Positions 18,401 through 27,253 of a DNA stretch of 64,000 nucleotides are shown piece after piece. The notes below the pieces were generated by a model. That model made no database searches and was not told the DNA's origin. It saw only the letters and a program-made list of their open reading frames with translations. Numbering within the stretch: position 1 is the first letter of the stretch; each line of letters opens with the position of its first letter. Where the stretch lies: IMG/VR virus record IMGVR_UViG_3300007513_000001, positions 62,001 through 126,000 of that record. One strand, given 5' to 3'. The translations under genes and the position numbers were made by a program.

Positions 18401-19815
18401 CTTACGACGGAAACAGCGAAGATCAATGGGCCGGATTTTATGTGCAGTCTTATGGTACTGTAAGCAATTCATCGCATCCTGCAAAATTAGTAGTTAGATC
18501 ATGCGCTGAAGGTTCAACCTTGCTTAGTACTGCGGCTATTTTCAATGGTGGGCTCGGAGGAACAATATCAGGCTCTATCCATGAAACAGTTGGTGGCGTA
18601 TCATACCTTGTTGCAGGAACTAACGTAACAATAACCTCAGCTTCTAATGGTCAAGTTACGATAGCTTCCACCGGAGGTGGAGGAAGCTCCCCATGGACAG
18701 ACGCGGGATCGTGGTTATATCCAACTGCTGATGAGTCTATTGTAGTTGGTGGAACCACCATGGCTAATAGCGATGCTGTAATTGGGGGTACTAATGGTGA
18801 TGCTGAATTTAATAAACAGCAGCAATCTACAGGTGATTTTAGAATTAGATCGCAGAATGCTCCATATGCATTTTTTGTTGATGCATCTACCAATGTAGTA
18901 AACGTCCATGCGGACGCTACCGAAATTCCTGGCACTGACGCAAACTTTTTTGTCTCTGGTAGTACTACTGGTGATTATGGTACAGCTGTATTTGGTGGCA
19001 ACGCAGTTGTCAGTGGTACTCTTTACGTAAAAGGTTCAACTAACGACGGATCTGGAGGCAACCGTGCTTGGTCTAGCCTTGTATTATCATATGGAATCGG
19101 TTTTGATGATGGTGATGCTTGGATATATGAAGATGGCAATGATTTATATGTAGCAGGAAGAACTGATACATTTATAAGCGCTTCTGATGATATCAGCCTC
19201 GAGGCCGGAGATGACTTATTTATTGATGTTGGTGATGACATTAAAATTAAATCAGGAAACGGTGGATTTTTTGCAGCAGGCACTGACACATATCTACATG
19301 TATCCGGAGCAATTGGTGGTCATAACACCACTGGATCTAATGGTATCGCTCAAAGCGTAGTTGCTTTTGGTGGAGATGTAGTAATATCTGGATCGATGAG
19401 ATCTAAACAGATTGAAATATTCAAATCTTCTTATGTTGAAGGTAGCACTGGAAATTCTGTATTTATTCCAATGATGGGTTCAAATGTCGAAGCCGCCGGT
19501 GCTGATTATCGAAGAATGTTTGTAGCTCCATTTAACGGAAGACTTATTAAAGTTCTTTGGCGGCCAGAAAATGCGCAATCAAATGATTTCATTTCTGAAA
19601 TTTGGGTAGGCAGCGATGGAGATTCAGACCCTGGCACTTTGGCCGAGAGAGTCCAAAAGCCGGCAGCTAATGCGGTTTGGACTACTAATCCAGCTGGATT
19701 TACAAGTACAAGTCACTTTATGGCTGGCCAAGTTGTAGGTGTTAAAATTAATCCATCAGATGCTCCAGGCGCATGCAACGTAACGATGATATTCGAATTT
19801 GATATGTTTATCTAG
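15424..19815 (+). CDS. Large repeat-built virion fibre/tail-associated protein (1463 aa)
   Basis: G/S/T/V/D-rich beta-strand composition; six F(F/Y)VSGS...FGGDxVxSG units, four DFR(V/I)xS units, and one ~200-aa duplicated block. Confidence 0.75.
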   Translation: MASDFRAERVRLNKIITSGSAPNSRPMFALYHSSAATNFTGGTNVDLWTGVGKDVYAFFSGSKDHKNVITGRGVTLFGGDVVVSGTLYADKQVIEIEESVTGSLTVSGSLIVSQSITAGQNLHVNSVGGAFGFANFGSTAGTGGYGFRDSGGTMQFKNSGGAWAAFGASGGGSASDVGWIGPQAGKIITTGSVGISGSLVVSGTTLDIHESIREIGFETTNYHKFNNDGQSFYAKGGKRMLDLTSITSQDQVTVNIAGLDVDFRVESFNKSKALYVDASEDRVSILSGSLNTDANGDDVAFFVSGSIGGQAAADRGVSLFGGDLVTSGVLHVQGTTDLPGTTISAGIVLDSAPESAIVWDSSPAPIPDAYIYENGGSLFISASNQIEIEAQTAAKIRGYGLEYAAFASFTGQKAAAFNRSNEDIDFRVGNTSLDATLWVNAAEKTVNIDRGLSDSIPGPDINFYVSGSIGGKDQAARGVSLFGGDLVVSGGMHVDTTTFVVDQSNNRVGVGTNLPNAKMNITSDVSGETILSVEQHNNNSDAPNLEFVKSRGTYAAPGKVGSGDFLGHVQFKGYDGSSEEQFAAFYAETFGTINAGSHPAKIVLKTCPAGSTTLGNSAIFNGGLGGTISGSIHETVDGVSYLVAGTNVTITSASNGQVTINSTAVGTVDGSGVAGRVAFWQDSDTLTSDADLTFDGTDLGVGNKIVHVGDADTYINFTDDDINISVGGVNMVDFTENAVSQDEITFNEAGADLDFRVESDDNDHMFFINADDNRISIGTQGNNPQSVVHIKDTSPEVRIQRALNAQDSVISFAGSGGVRGSMTGLAGGTNDIVFKTFNGAALEETARFGGDYSGEVRRVIFLSGSSMHAGAMQPTETSDINFFVSGSEGSMGGGSRGTATFGGDLVVSGGMAVDEDTFFVDQANNRIGVGTRSPNAKINVTSNVSGETLVSIEQHNSDNGDAPNLEFVKSRGTYDAPSVITSGDFLGDVQFKAYDGNSEDQWAGFYVQSYGTVSNSSHPAKLVVRSCAEGSTLLSTAAIFNGGLGGTISGSIHETVGGVSYLVAGTNVTITSASNGQVTIASTGGGGSSPWTDAGSWLYPTADESIVVGGTTMANSDAVIGGTNGDAEFNKQQQSTGDFRIRSQNAPYAFFVDASTNVVNVHADATEIPGTDANFFVSGSTTGDYGTAVFGGNAVVSGTLYVKGSTNDGSGGNRAWSSLVLSYGIGFDDGDAWIYEDGNDLYVAGRTDTFISASDDISLEAGDDLFIDVGDDIKIKSGNGGFFAAGTDTYLHVSGAIGGHNTTGSNGIAQSVVAFGGDVVISGSMRSKQIEIFKSSYVEGSTGNSVFIPMMGSNVEAAGADYRRMFVAPFNGRLIKVLWRPENAQSNDFISEIWVGSDGDSDPGTLAERVQKPAANAVWTTNPAGFTSTSHFMAGQVVGVKINPSDAPGACNVTMIFEFDMFI
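16801..17402 (+). repeat. Internal ~600-nt duplicated block, copy 1 (copy 2 at 18058-18662)
   Basis: Collinear protein repeat, e.g. DAPNLEFVKSRGTY, SGDFLG.VQFK.YDG, AIFNGGLGGTISGSIHETV.GVSYLVAGTNVTITSASNGQVTI. Confidence 0.9.
18058..18662 (+). repeat. Internal duplicated block, copy 2; the last 56 nt (18607-18662) are identical to 17347-17402
   Basis: Direct nucleotide comparison; the offset is 1257 at the start of the block and 1260 at the end (one-codon indel). Confidence 0.9.
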
Positions 19816-20008
19816 TACTGATCAGTATACTGATTATAGAAGCATCTAATATAGTTTATAGAAATATTAGAATAATAGAAGAACTAGTTCTGCAGTAACT
19901 GTAGTATCAGTATCAGTATATCTGTAGAACAGAATTATAGTAGCACTAGAAAAGAGTATTGTACAATATTTTTTTTCTAAATAGTTTTCTATTATCAGTA
20001 TTTCAGTG
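19816..20008. repeat. Intergenic cluster of palindromes and TCAGTA/TACTGA motifs
   Basis: TACTGATCAGTA (19816-27), ATCAGTATACTGAT (19821-34), AGAACTAGTTCT (19880-91), hairpin CTGCAGT-A-ACTGTAG (19890-904), TCAGTA at 19907, 19913 and 19995, TCAGTG at 20003. Confidence 0.8.
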
Positions 20009-20048
20009 TCACTAGACAAAGAAGCTATATTAGAAAAGAGGTTTTTAT

Positions 20049-21986
20049 ATGCTAAGCAATTCGCCGTTTGAGACACCTCAGTCTCCAAAACTTAAAGTTC
20101 CTGAAGATGCAGAAGTCGTTTTTGTTTCTGATATGTTTGTTGAAGATTATGTCGGTGGAGCCGAACTTACGTCAGAAGCTATTATATCTTCATCTCCACT
20201 AAAAGTATTTAAACTGCACAGCAAAGATGTGACCATCGAAACTCTAGAGCAGGGACACCAAAAGTATTGGATATTTGGTAATTTTTCTGCTCTTAATATG
20301 GATCTAATACCTTCAATCGTTTCAAACATGAATTATTCTATCTTAGAATATGATTATAAATTTTGTAGATATCGCTCTCCAGAAAAACATGAAACTGAAA
20401 CCGGAGCTCCATGCGATTGTATTGAAGATATTCATGGCAAAATGATATCTGCATTTTATTATGGATCTAAGTCTCTTTGGTGGATGTCTGAAAAACAGAT
20501 GGATTTGTATCTTGAAGCGTATCCATTTTTGGCTGAAAGAGAAAACACCGTTTTGAGTAGTGTTTTTGATGATGCTTTCTTTTATTCAGTTAAGATTTTG
20601 AGAGAAAAATATAAGGATCAAGAGAAAACAGGTTGGCTAGTTTTAGGATCTAATAGCTGGATCAAAGGCGCTGATCAAGCAGAGCAATGGTGTAAAGATA
20701 ACGAAAGAGAATATGAAGTTGTTTGGAATCTAAAGTATGAAGAGCTCTTAGAAAAGCTAGCACAATCTGAAGGTTTCGTTTATCTTCCTAAGGGAAACGA
20801 CACATGCCCAAGAATGGTAATTGAAGCCAAGCTACTTGGCTGTGATTTACACTTAAATGATTATGTTCAGCACAAAGATGAGATTTGGTTTGATACCGAA
20901 GATATGTTCGATACAGAAGCATATCTCTATGCAGCTAGAGAAAGATTTTGGAACGCTATTTTAGCGACAATGAATTATGTGCCGACTATTTCTGGTTATA
21001 CCACTACTTTAAACTGTATAAAGCACAAATATCCATTTGAGGCTTCTATTAAGAGTATGTTGGGTTTTTGCGAAGAAGTTATTGTAGTTGACGGTGGTAG
21101 CGATGATGGAACTTATGAAAGGCTTAGAGAGTTAGAAAAAGAAGATAAAAGAATAAAAGTAAGTTTAGTGCTTAGAGATTGGGAAGATACTAGATTCGCC
21201 GTTTATGATGGTGCTCAAAAAGCAGTATCCCGAGATCAGTGCACAATGGACTACTGCTGGCAGCAAGATGCAGATGAGGTTGTTCACGAAGAAGATTATC
21301 AAAAAATTATTCATACAACAAGAAACTTTCCAAGGCAGTACGATCTTCTTTCTTTACCGGTTATCGAATATTGGGGAAGTTCTTCTAAAGTTAGAGCAGA
21401 TATCAATCCGTGGAAGTGGAGATTATCAAAAAATAAACCATACATTTCTCATGGCATACCAAAAGCTTTAAGAAGAACAGACAGTGACGGAAAACTATAT
21501 GCTGCTCCAGGGACCGATGGGTGTGATTACATCCACAAAGAGTCTTACGAGCCAATTCCGCACATTGGCTTTTATACTGAAGAAATTCACAAAGTAAAAA
21601 TGATGGCGTTTTCTGGAAACTCTGAAGCTTTCGAAGCTTATGAAGCTTGGTTCAACAGAGTGGTAGAACTACTACCTTCAGTACACCACTACTCGTGGAT
21701 AGACATCGGAAGAAAGATTAGAACATACAGGGATTATTGGTCTCAACATTGGCAAAGTTTATATGATATACCTCAAGAAGACACCCCAGAAAATAACATG
21801 TTTTTAGATACTTCTTGGGCAGATTCAACTGAAGAAGATATAGAAAATACTGCGAAAAAGCTTTCTGAAGAAATGGGTGGATGGGTATTCCACTCCAAGG
21901 TAGATTATAGTAATCCTACTCCCCACTTCAAGATTGATCAGACTCAACCAGCTTTAGCTATTGAGCATTATGGTGAGGAAAAATAA
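20049..21986 (+). CDS. Two-domain glycosyltransferase (GT-B/GT4-like N-terminus, GT-A/GT2 C-terminus)
   Basis: CPRMVIEAKLLGC (GT4-type C-terminal motif); VIVVDGGSDDGT and QQDADE (GT2). Confidence 0.8.
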   Translation: MLSNSPFETPQSPKLKVPEDAEVVFVSDMFVEDYVGGAELTSEAIISSSPLKVFKLHSKDVTIETLEQGHQKYWIFGNFSALNMDLIPSIVSNMNYSILEYDYKFCRYRSPEKHETETGAPCDCIEDIHGKMISAFYYGSKSLWWMSEKQMDLYLEAYPFLAERENTVLSSVFDDAFFYSVKILREKYKDQEKTGWLVLGSNSWIKGADQAEQWCKDNEREYEVVWNLKYEELLEKLAQSEGFVYLPKGNDTCPRMVIEAKLLGCDLHLNDYVQHKDEIWFDTEDMFDTEAYLYAARERFWNAILATMNYVPTISGYTTTLNCIKHKYPFEASIKSMLGFCEEVIVVDGGSDDGTYERLRELEKEDKRIKVSLVLRDWEDTRFAVYDGAQKAVSRDQCTMDYCWQQDADEVVHEEDYQKIIHTTRNFPRQYDLLSLPVIEYWGSSSKVRADINPWKWRLSKNKPYISHGIPKALRRTDSDGKLYAAPGTDGCDYIHKESYEPIPHIGFYTEEIHKVKMMAFSGNSEAFEAYEAWFNRVVELLPSVHHYSWIDIGRKIRTYRDYWSQHWQSLYDIPQEDTPENNMFLDTSWADSTEEDIENTAKKLSEEMGGWVFHSKVDYSNPTPHFKIDQTQPALAIEHYGEEK

Positions 21987-22725
21987 GTTGGATAATAAGC
22001 TCACGACAAATAAGTTTGTTTTTATAATGCCTGCCTACAATGCAATTCAAACAATATCTAGAAGTATTTTATCTGTATGGTTTCAAACTCATCCTAATTG
22101 GAAAATTATAATTCGTGATGATCTATCTACAGACGGAACTTTTGAGGCTGTAGAAAATCTCAAAAAACAATTAGGAATTTCAGATGAAAAGATTAGCATT
22201 AAAAGGAACATAGAGAAAAAATGGGAAGTCGCCAACATTTTGGATATGCTCAAAGAGTGTGACTCTGACGATATTATATGTAGACTCGATGCTGATGATT
22301 GGCTTTGCGATTGCGATATCATTACTATCTTAAATCACAGATACAATGTTTTGGATGTCGGCGCTATTTGGACAAATCACCGATGGGATTTCAGCGGCAA
22401 TAATATATCAGCAGCACTTCCAACAAATGCAGACCCATACAAGCATCCATGGGTTTCTTCTCACTTAAAGACTTTTAGAAAAAAACTAATAGAAAATGTA
22501 GATGATAAAAATTTCCGAGGTGAAGACGGAGAATACTTTAAGAGAATTGGAGACCAAGCTATTTATCTTCCGGTTCTTAAAAACGCTGAAGGGAAATGGC
22601 ACCACGAGCCTATTTGTGCTTATCATTATACTATAGACATGAAACCAGAAACATTCCAGTCTGACGACGCAAAATTCCAAAGAGACGAAGGGATTTATCT
22701 CAGAACCAGAGGATTTATTTTGTGA
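21961..22725 (+). CDS. GT2 family glycosyltransferase (likely start at ATG 21970)
   Basis: IMPAYNA, DDLSTDGT, RLDADDWL. Confidence 0.9.
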   Translation: MSIMVRKNKLDNKLTTNKFVFIMPAYNAIQTISRSILSVWFQTHPNWKIIIRDDLSTDGTFEAVENLKKQLGISDEKISIKRNIEKKWEVANILDMLKECDSDDIICRLDADDWLCDCDIITILNHRYNVLDVGAIWTNHRWDFSGNNISAALPTNADPYKHPWVSSHLKTFRKKLIENVDDKNFRGEDGEYFKRIGDQAIYLPVLKNAEGKWHHEPICAYHYTIDMKPETFQSDDAKFQRDEGIYLRTRGFIL

Positions 22726-23651
22726 TTATGGCTGACAAAAAACAGATGAAACTATTAGTAAATAGAAAACCGGTTCAGGGCCCATGGGGAGGTGGAAATC
22801 ATTTCATTAAATCTCTTCATGATAATGCTAGAAATTATGACATAGAGTTAAAACATAAGCTTGAGCCAGGACTTGATGGAATTTTTCTTATTGATCCGAG
22901 ATACGATGAGCTTGGTATTTCTATAAACGAAGTAGTAGCTTATAAGCAGGCATTTCCTAAAACTAAGATATTCTATAGGGCTAATGAGTGTGATAAAAGA
23001 AAGGGGGAAGTGAATCAAATGGATCCGTGCATTGCTGCAATGGGTCAAATCTCAGACATCTGCTTTTTCATTTCTAATTGGATAAAAAATTATCATTTAG
23101 ATTTTAATTGGAAATGCCCTACAAATATTGTGATTCCGAATGGAACTAATACTGCAATATTTAAAGATCACAATCAGAAAAAAAATAATAAAAAAACCAA
23201 TATAGTTACGCATCATTGGTCCAATAATGCTATGAAGGGCCATGATATATACGCAGCTATAGATGAGTGGATTAAAAACAAAGAAGGGTATTCTTTTACC
23301 TATGTTGGTAGGAGCCATGCCCCTCTGCCAAACTCAGAAATAGTCTCTCCTATGGCTGGTTCCGAGTTGGGTAAACTATTATCTTCCTTTGACGTATATA
23401 TCTCAGCCTCAAGATGGGACCCAGGACCCAATCATATAATAGAAAGCTTGGCTTGCGGATTACCAACTTATGCCCACGTCGACGGTGGAGGCGCTAGTGA
23501 ATTCGTTGGAAGCTCTCATGTTTATTCTAATGAAAAGGAATTAATAGAATTACTAGAAAGTAACTCTTTTATAAAAAACGCTAGTTTTACTCCAAATAGC
23601 TGGGATGAAACTATAAAAGTTTATCTTGAAAATATTGCTAGAATAATTTAA
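22722..23651 (+). CDS. GT4 family glycosyltransferase
   Basis: GPWGGGN, DVYISASRWDPGPNHIIESLACGLP. Confidence 0.85.
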   Translation: MIMADKKQMKLLVNRKPVQGPWGGGNHFIKSLHDNARNYDIELKHKLEPGLDGIFLIDPRYDELGISINEVVAYKQAFPKTKIFYRANECDKRKGEVNQMDPCIAAMGQISDICFFISNWIKNYHLDFNWKCPTNIVIPNGTNTAIFKDHNQKKNNKKTNIVTHHWSNNAMKGHDIYAAIDEWIKNKEGYSFTYVGRSHAPLPNSEIVSPMAGSELGKLLSSFDVYISASRWDPGPNHIIESLACGLPTYAHVDGGGASEFVGSSHVYSNEKELIELLESNSFIKNASFTPNSWDETIKVYLENIARII

Positions 23652-23659
23652 ATTTTATA

Positions 23660-24448
23660 ATGTATGCTATTTGTGGAGTGGGAAATTGGGGAACTAAGCT
23701 TTTAAGAGAGTTTTCTCAAACTCAAGAATTTAAATATTTTTGCTGCAAATCTTCTGAAAAAGCTGATCTGATTAATCAAGAATTTGAAAATTTAGCTAGG
23801 GCATCTTTAGAGCAAATTTGTGCAGATGATCAAATAACCGATGTTTTAGTTTCCGTTCCAATAAAAAATCTTGCAGAATTTTCACGAAAGCTTTTGCTTA
23901 GTAATAAGAATATATTTCTCGAGAAACCAGGCTCGCAATCTTTAAATGAAATAAAAAAGCTTCAAGATATAAAATCTAGCTCTTTCGTTCATGTGAATTA
24001 TAAGTTTTTATTCCACGAAAAAATTTTAGAATTAAAAAGAAATGTCGCTGCTGGAGAAAAAATTGTAAGATTTAATTTCGAATGGCTTAAATATGGAAGT
24101 TTTGGCAACGACATTAAGCTAAACCTGTTAACGCACATACTTTCTATTTTAGAGTTTGTGTTTCCAGAAGAAAAATTTTATATGGAATATCTGACTCTCC
24201 AAAAAGATTCTCTTTTGGTAAGCTGCTTTTCAGACAATATAAGAGGCAGAATTTTAATTTGTAGAAAATCTCAAAATAGAAAGTTTCATTTAAGCGTTGA
24301 GAACTCTAATAAAACAATTAAAAAGCTTGATTTGAATTCTCAAAACGTCTTGAAAAAGTCAGCAGACTGTTTTATAAATAAAACAAATCAGAGTTTTAGA
24401 TTAGAATTTGCTAGCAAAGTTTTAAATAATTTGGAGAACATAAGATGA
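23660..24448 (+). CDS. Gfo/Idh/MocA-like NAD(P)-dependent oxidoreductase
   Basis: ICGVGNWG Rossmann motif, IFLEKP. Confidence 0.75.
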   Translation: MYAICGVGNWGTKLLREFSQTQEFKYFCCKSSEKADLINQEFENLARASLEQICADDQITDVLVSVPIKNLAEFSRKLLLSNKNIFLEKPGSQSLNEIKKLQDIKSSSFVHVNYKFLFHEKILELKRNVAAGEKIVRFNFEWLKYGSFGNDIKLNLLTHILSILEFVFPEEKFYMEYLTLQKDSLLVSCFSDNIRGRILICRKSQNRKFHLSVENSNKTIKKLDLNSQNVLKKSADCFINKTNQSFRLEFASKVLNNLENIR

Positions 24449-25488
24449 AAATTGCGGTGGTTGGTGCGGGTTTTTTTGGGATTACCGCCGCACTCAAATT
24501 AAGCGAGCTCTATGAAGTCGATTTGTTTGATTTTAGTGGAGATATTTTAACTTCTGCTTCTCGTACTAACCAGCTGAGACTTCATCGAGGATACCATTAC
24601 CCACGAAGTGAAGAAACAGTCGATTCTTTATTAAGTTCTCTTCCGAAGTTTCTTGATTTTTATGGCGAAGCAGCTATTGAAGATTATGATCATCATTATG
24701 CTATAGCTAAAGAAGGTTCATTTTTAAGCGCATCTCAATATATTGATTTTCTAGAAAGGTGTAATTTAGAATACGAAGAAATTTCTGTTGGTGGATTTGT
24801 GAATCCAGGAAAAATAGAACTACTTGTAAAAGTAAAAGAAACTCTATTAGATTATCATAAAATTTATGATATGTGTAAAGAAAGATTAATCAACTCTAAA
24901 GCTAATTTAAGATTGAATGAAATGTTTAAGCCAGTTGCGTTAAAAGACTATGACTATGTTATTAATTGCACATATTCGACGCTGAATGAGTTAACCCCCT
25001 GGGAAAAAAGAAGAGAGTATCAATTTGAAGTTTGTGAAAAAATATGCGTACAACCTCCAAAAAGTTTAGCTGGAGTAAGTTTAGTAGTTATGGATGGGCC
25101 ATTCATGTGCATTGATCCATACGCCAAGACGGGAAAGTCTTTGCTTGGAAATGTTGTCCACGCAATTCACACTTCTAACATTGGTCAAATGCCAATCGTT
25201 CCAGAAAATATAGTTCCGTATTTAAACAAGGGCATAGTAAACGTAAGAAATTTATCTAATTTTGATAAGTTCGTAGATGCAGGAAAACTCTATATTAATG
25301 ATTTCGAAAATTGCGAATATTTCGGATCGATGTTTACTGTAAGGACTGTTCTTCCCTATGTAGAAGACAGTGATGAGCGTCCGACCATAGTAACATCGAT
25401 GGATGAAAAAGTAATTAACGTATTTTCTGGAAAAATAGATACATGCGTTCAGGCTGCTGACGAAATATTAAAGGAAATAATATTATGA
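24445..25488 (+). CDS. FAD-dependent oxidoreductase (DAO-like)
   Basis: KIAVVGAGFFG, NQLRLHRGYHYPRS, VMDGPF, FSGKI. Confidence 0.85.
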   Translation: MKIAVVGAGFFGITAALKLSELYEVDLFDFSGDILTSASRTNQLRLHRGYHYPRSEETVDSLLSSLPKFLDFYGEAAIEDYDHHYAIAKEGSFLSASQYIDFLERCNLEYEEISVGGFVNPGKIELLVKVKETLLDYHKIYDMCKERLINSKANLRLNEMFKPVALKDYDYVINCTYSTLNELTPWEKRREYQFEVCEKICVQPPKSLAGVSLVVMDGPFMCIDPYAKTGKSLLGNVVHAIHTSNIGQMPIVPENIVPYLNKGIVNVRNLSNFDKFVDAGKLYINDFENCEYFGSMFTVRTVLPYVEDSDERPTIVTSMDEKVINVFSGKIDTCVQAADEILKEIIL

Positions 25489-26399
25489 AAATACATTTTT
25501 CTAATGTAGATTTTTCTTCTAGATCAGGCCCAAATACTTTTGGAACAAGGCTAGCAAGACAATTTGTGAAGCTTGGTCACGATATAGTCGGGCCGAATGA
25601 TCCATATGAAGTATTTTTAGCATTTATTGAACCTGCATCCCAGCCTCGTGCAGGGAGCAAATTTATTCATAGATTAGATGGAATCTGGTTTAAGCCAGAA
25701 CAATTTCATACGCACAACCAGCTTATAAAATGGGCTTATGACCGTGCTGATAAAGTAATTTGCATTTCTGAATTTAATAAAAAAATGGCTGCATATCATT
25801 GGGGAAATGTAGATGCTTCTGTAATAAACAATGGAATAGAGTTAATACAGCATAAAGTCGAAGATCCACAAATTAAAAAACTAAGAAATCAATATTCAAA
25901 AATATTTGTATCTTCAGCCAATTGGCATAGACAAAAAAGACTAAAAGAAAATGTCGAATGCTTTAAGCTAATTCAAGAAACTTACCCTGATTCGTGTCTT
26001 ATAGTATTGGGAAGCACGCCGGATCACGTAGTAAAAGATCCCAATATATTTTATGTTGGAAATATGCCTCATGAAATATGTTTGCAAGTTTTTTCTGCAG
26101 CGGATTGGATGATACATTTAGCTTGGTTAGACCATTGCCCCAATTCAGTAGTAGAAGGAATGTCTCAAGGGTGCGGTATTATTTGTGCTAGCTCTGGAGG
26201 AACTTACGAAGCTGTCGGAAAAAATGGAATAGTGGTTCAAGAAAAAGAAGAGTATCAATATCAATTGGCTGATTACGACTCTCCTCCTGAAATAGATTTT
26301 TCCAATATTGTTGTGCCGGATAAGATAGAAGTAGATAATTCTATTTTGGATATTGAAATTATTGCTAAAAAATACCTTAATGTTATAGAGAGTGTATGA
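25485..26399 (+). CDS. GT4 family glycosyltransferase
   Basis: SGPNTFG, RLDG, DHCPNSVVEGMSQG, GGTYE. Confidence 0.85.
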   Translation: MKIHFSNVDFSSRSGPNTFGTRLARQFVKLGHDIVGPNDPYEVFLAFIEPASQPRAGSKFIHRLDGIWFKPEQFHTHNQLIKWAYDRADKVICISEFNKKMAAYHWGNVDASVINNGIELIQHKVEDPQIKKLRNQYSKIFVSSANWHRQKRLKENVECFKLIQETYPDSCLIVLGSTPDHVVKDPNIFYVGNMPHEICLQVFSAADWMIHLAWLDHCPNSVVEGMSQGCGIICASSGGTYEAVGKNGIVVQEKEEYQYQLADYDSPPEIDFSNIVVPDKIEVDNSILDIEIIAKKYLNVIESV

Positions 26400-27253
26400 T
26401 GGGACTTGGTGGATATTTATTTTGGACTGCTGTAGCTCGGGAAATAAGTGAAAAACACATTGGTCATGACCAAATTAAGTTTCTTCCGATAGAAATGCAC
26501 GACAACGGAATAATAAAACTAATAAAAAGCGAAATATTCAGAAGCAATCCTAGATTTGTGCAAGAGTTCGAAGCTGATCAATTTTCATTTCCGCTAGTAT
26601 TGAATAACCAAGAGCTTAATTATTGTAAAAGAGATACTCCAAAGCGCGCGTACCACAGATATGATAAGCATGTTGTCGCACAAATCTGTGAATATTACGG
26701 AATTCAAAATCCAAGATTAAATTGTGAAATATATTTCTCTTCAAGTGAAGTTAATTCAATAAACAGTTTGATAAGCAGAAATAATTTAGATGAATTTGTA
26801 GTAATAGAACCTCAATCTAACGATGAATATTCTTGTAACAAAGTTTATCCTTTTGAGAAATGGCAAAATATAACTAATGATTTGATTGCTTCGGGAATAA
26901 CAGTGGTGCAAGTGGGAAGAGAAACAAGTTCTAAAAATCTAGAAGGTGCAGTTAACTTGACTGGAAAAACTTCTTTTAAAGAAGCAGCAGGAATAATATC
27001 AAAATCTAAGATGTTTATTTCTTCTGAGGGCGGATTAATGCACGCTGCAAATGGTTTAGGTGTGTTTTCTATAATAATCTACACAGGATATATCCACCCC
27101 AGAATGACCGGATATCCAGACAACATCAATATTTGGCTAAACCATGGTGACGAACCCTGTGGCATGAAAACAAAATGCCAAAATTGTGAAACTGTAGTTT
27201 CTTCACACGATCCGAGAGAAATAACAAGAATAATTTTGGAGAACTTGTCATGA
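26396..27253 (+). CDS. GT9 family (ADP-heptose heptosyltransferase-like)
   Basis: GLGGYL, KVYPFEKWQ, NLTGKTSFKEAAGII, SEGGLMHAA. Confidence 0.8.
   Translation: MMGLGGYLFWTAVAREISEKHIGHDQIKFLPIEMHDNGIIKLIKSEIFRSNPRFVQEFEADQFSFPLVLNNQELNYCKRDTPKRAYHRYDKHVVAQICEYYGIQNPRLNCEIYFSSSEVNSINSLISRNNLDEFVVIEPQSNDEYSCNKVYPFEKWQNITNDLIASGITVVQVGRETSSKNLEGAVNLTGKTSFKEAAGIISKSKMFISSEGGLMHAANGLGVFSIIIYTGYIHPRMTGYPDNINIWLNHGDEPCGMKTKCQNCETVVSSHDPREITRIILENLS

Noticed and set aside
16801-18662. Diversity-generating retroelement TR/VR pair
   Set aside because: Both copies lie in frame within one gene, the differences are mostly synonymous rather than adenine-specific, and there is no reverse transcriptase in the window.
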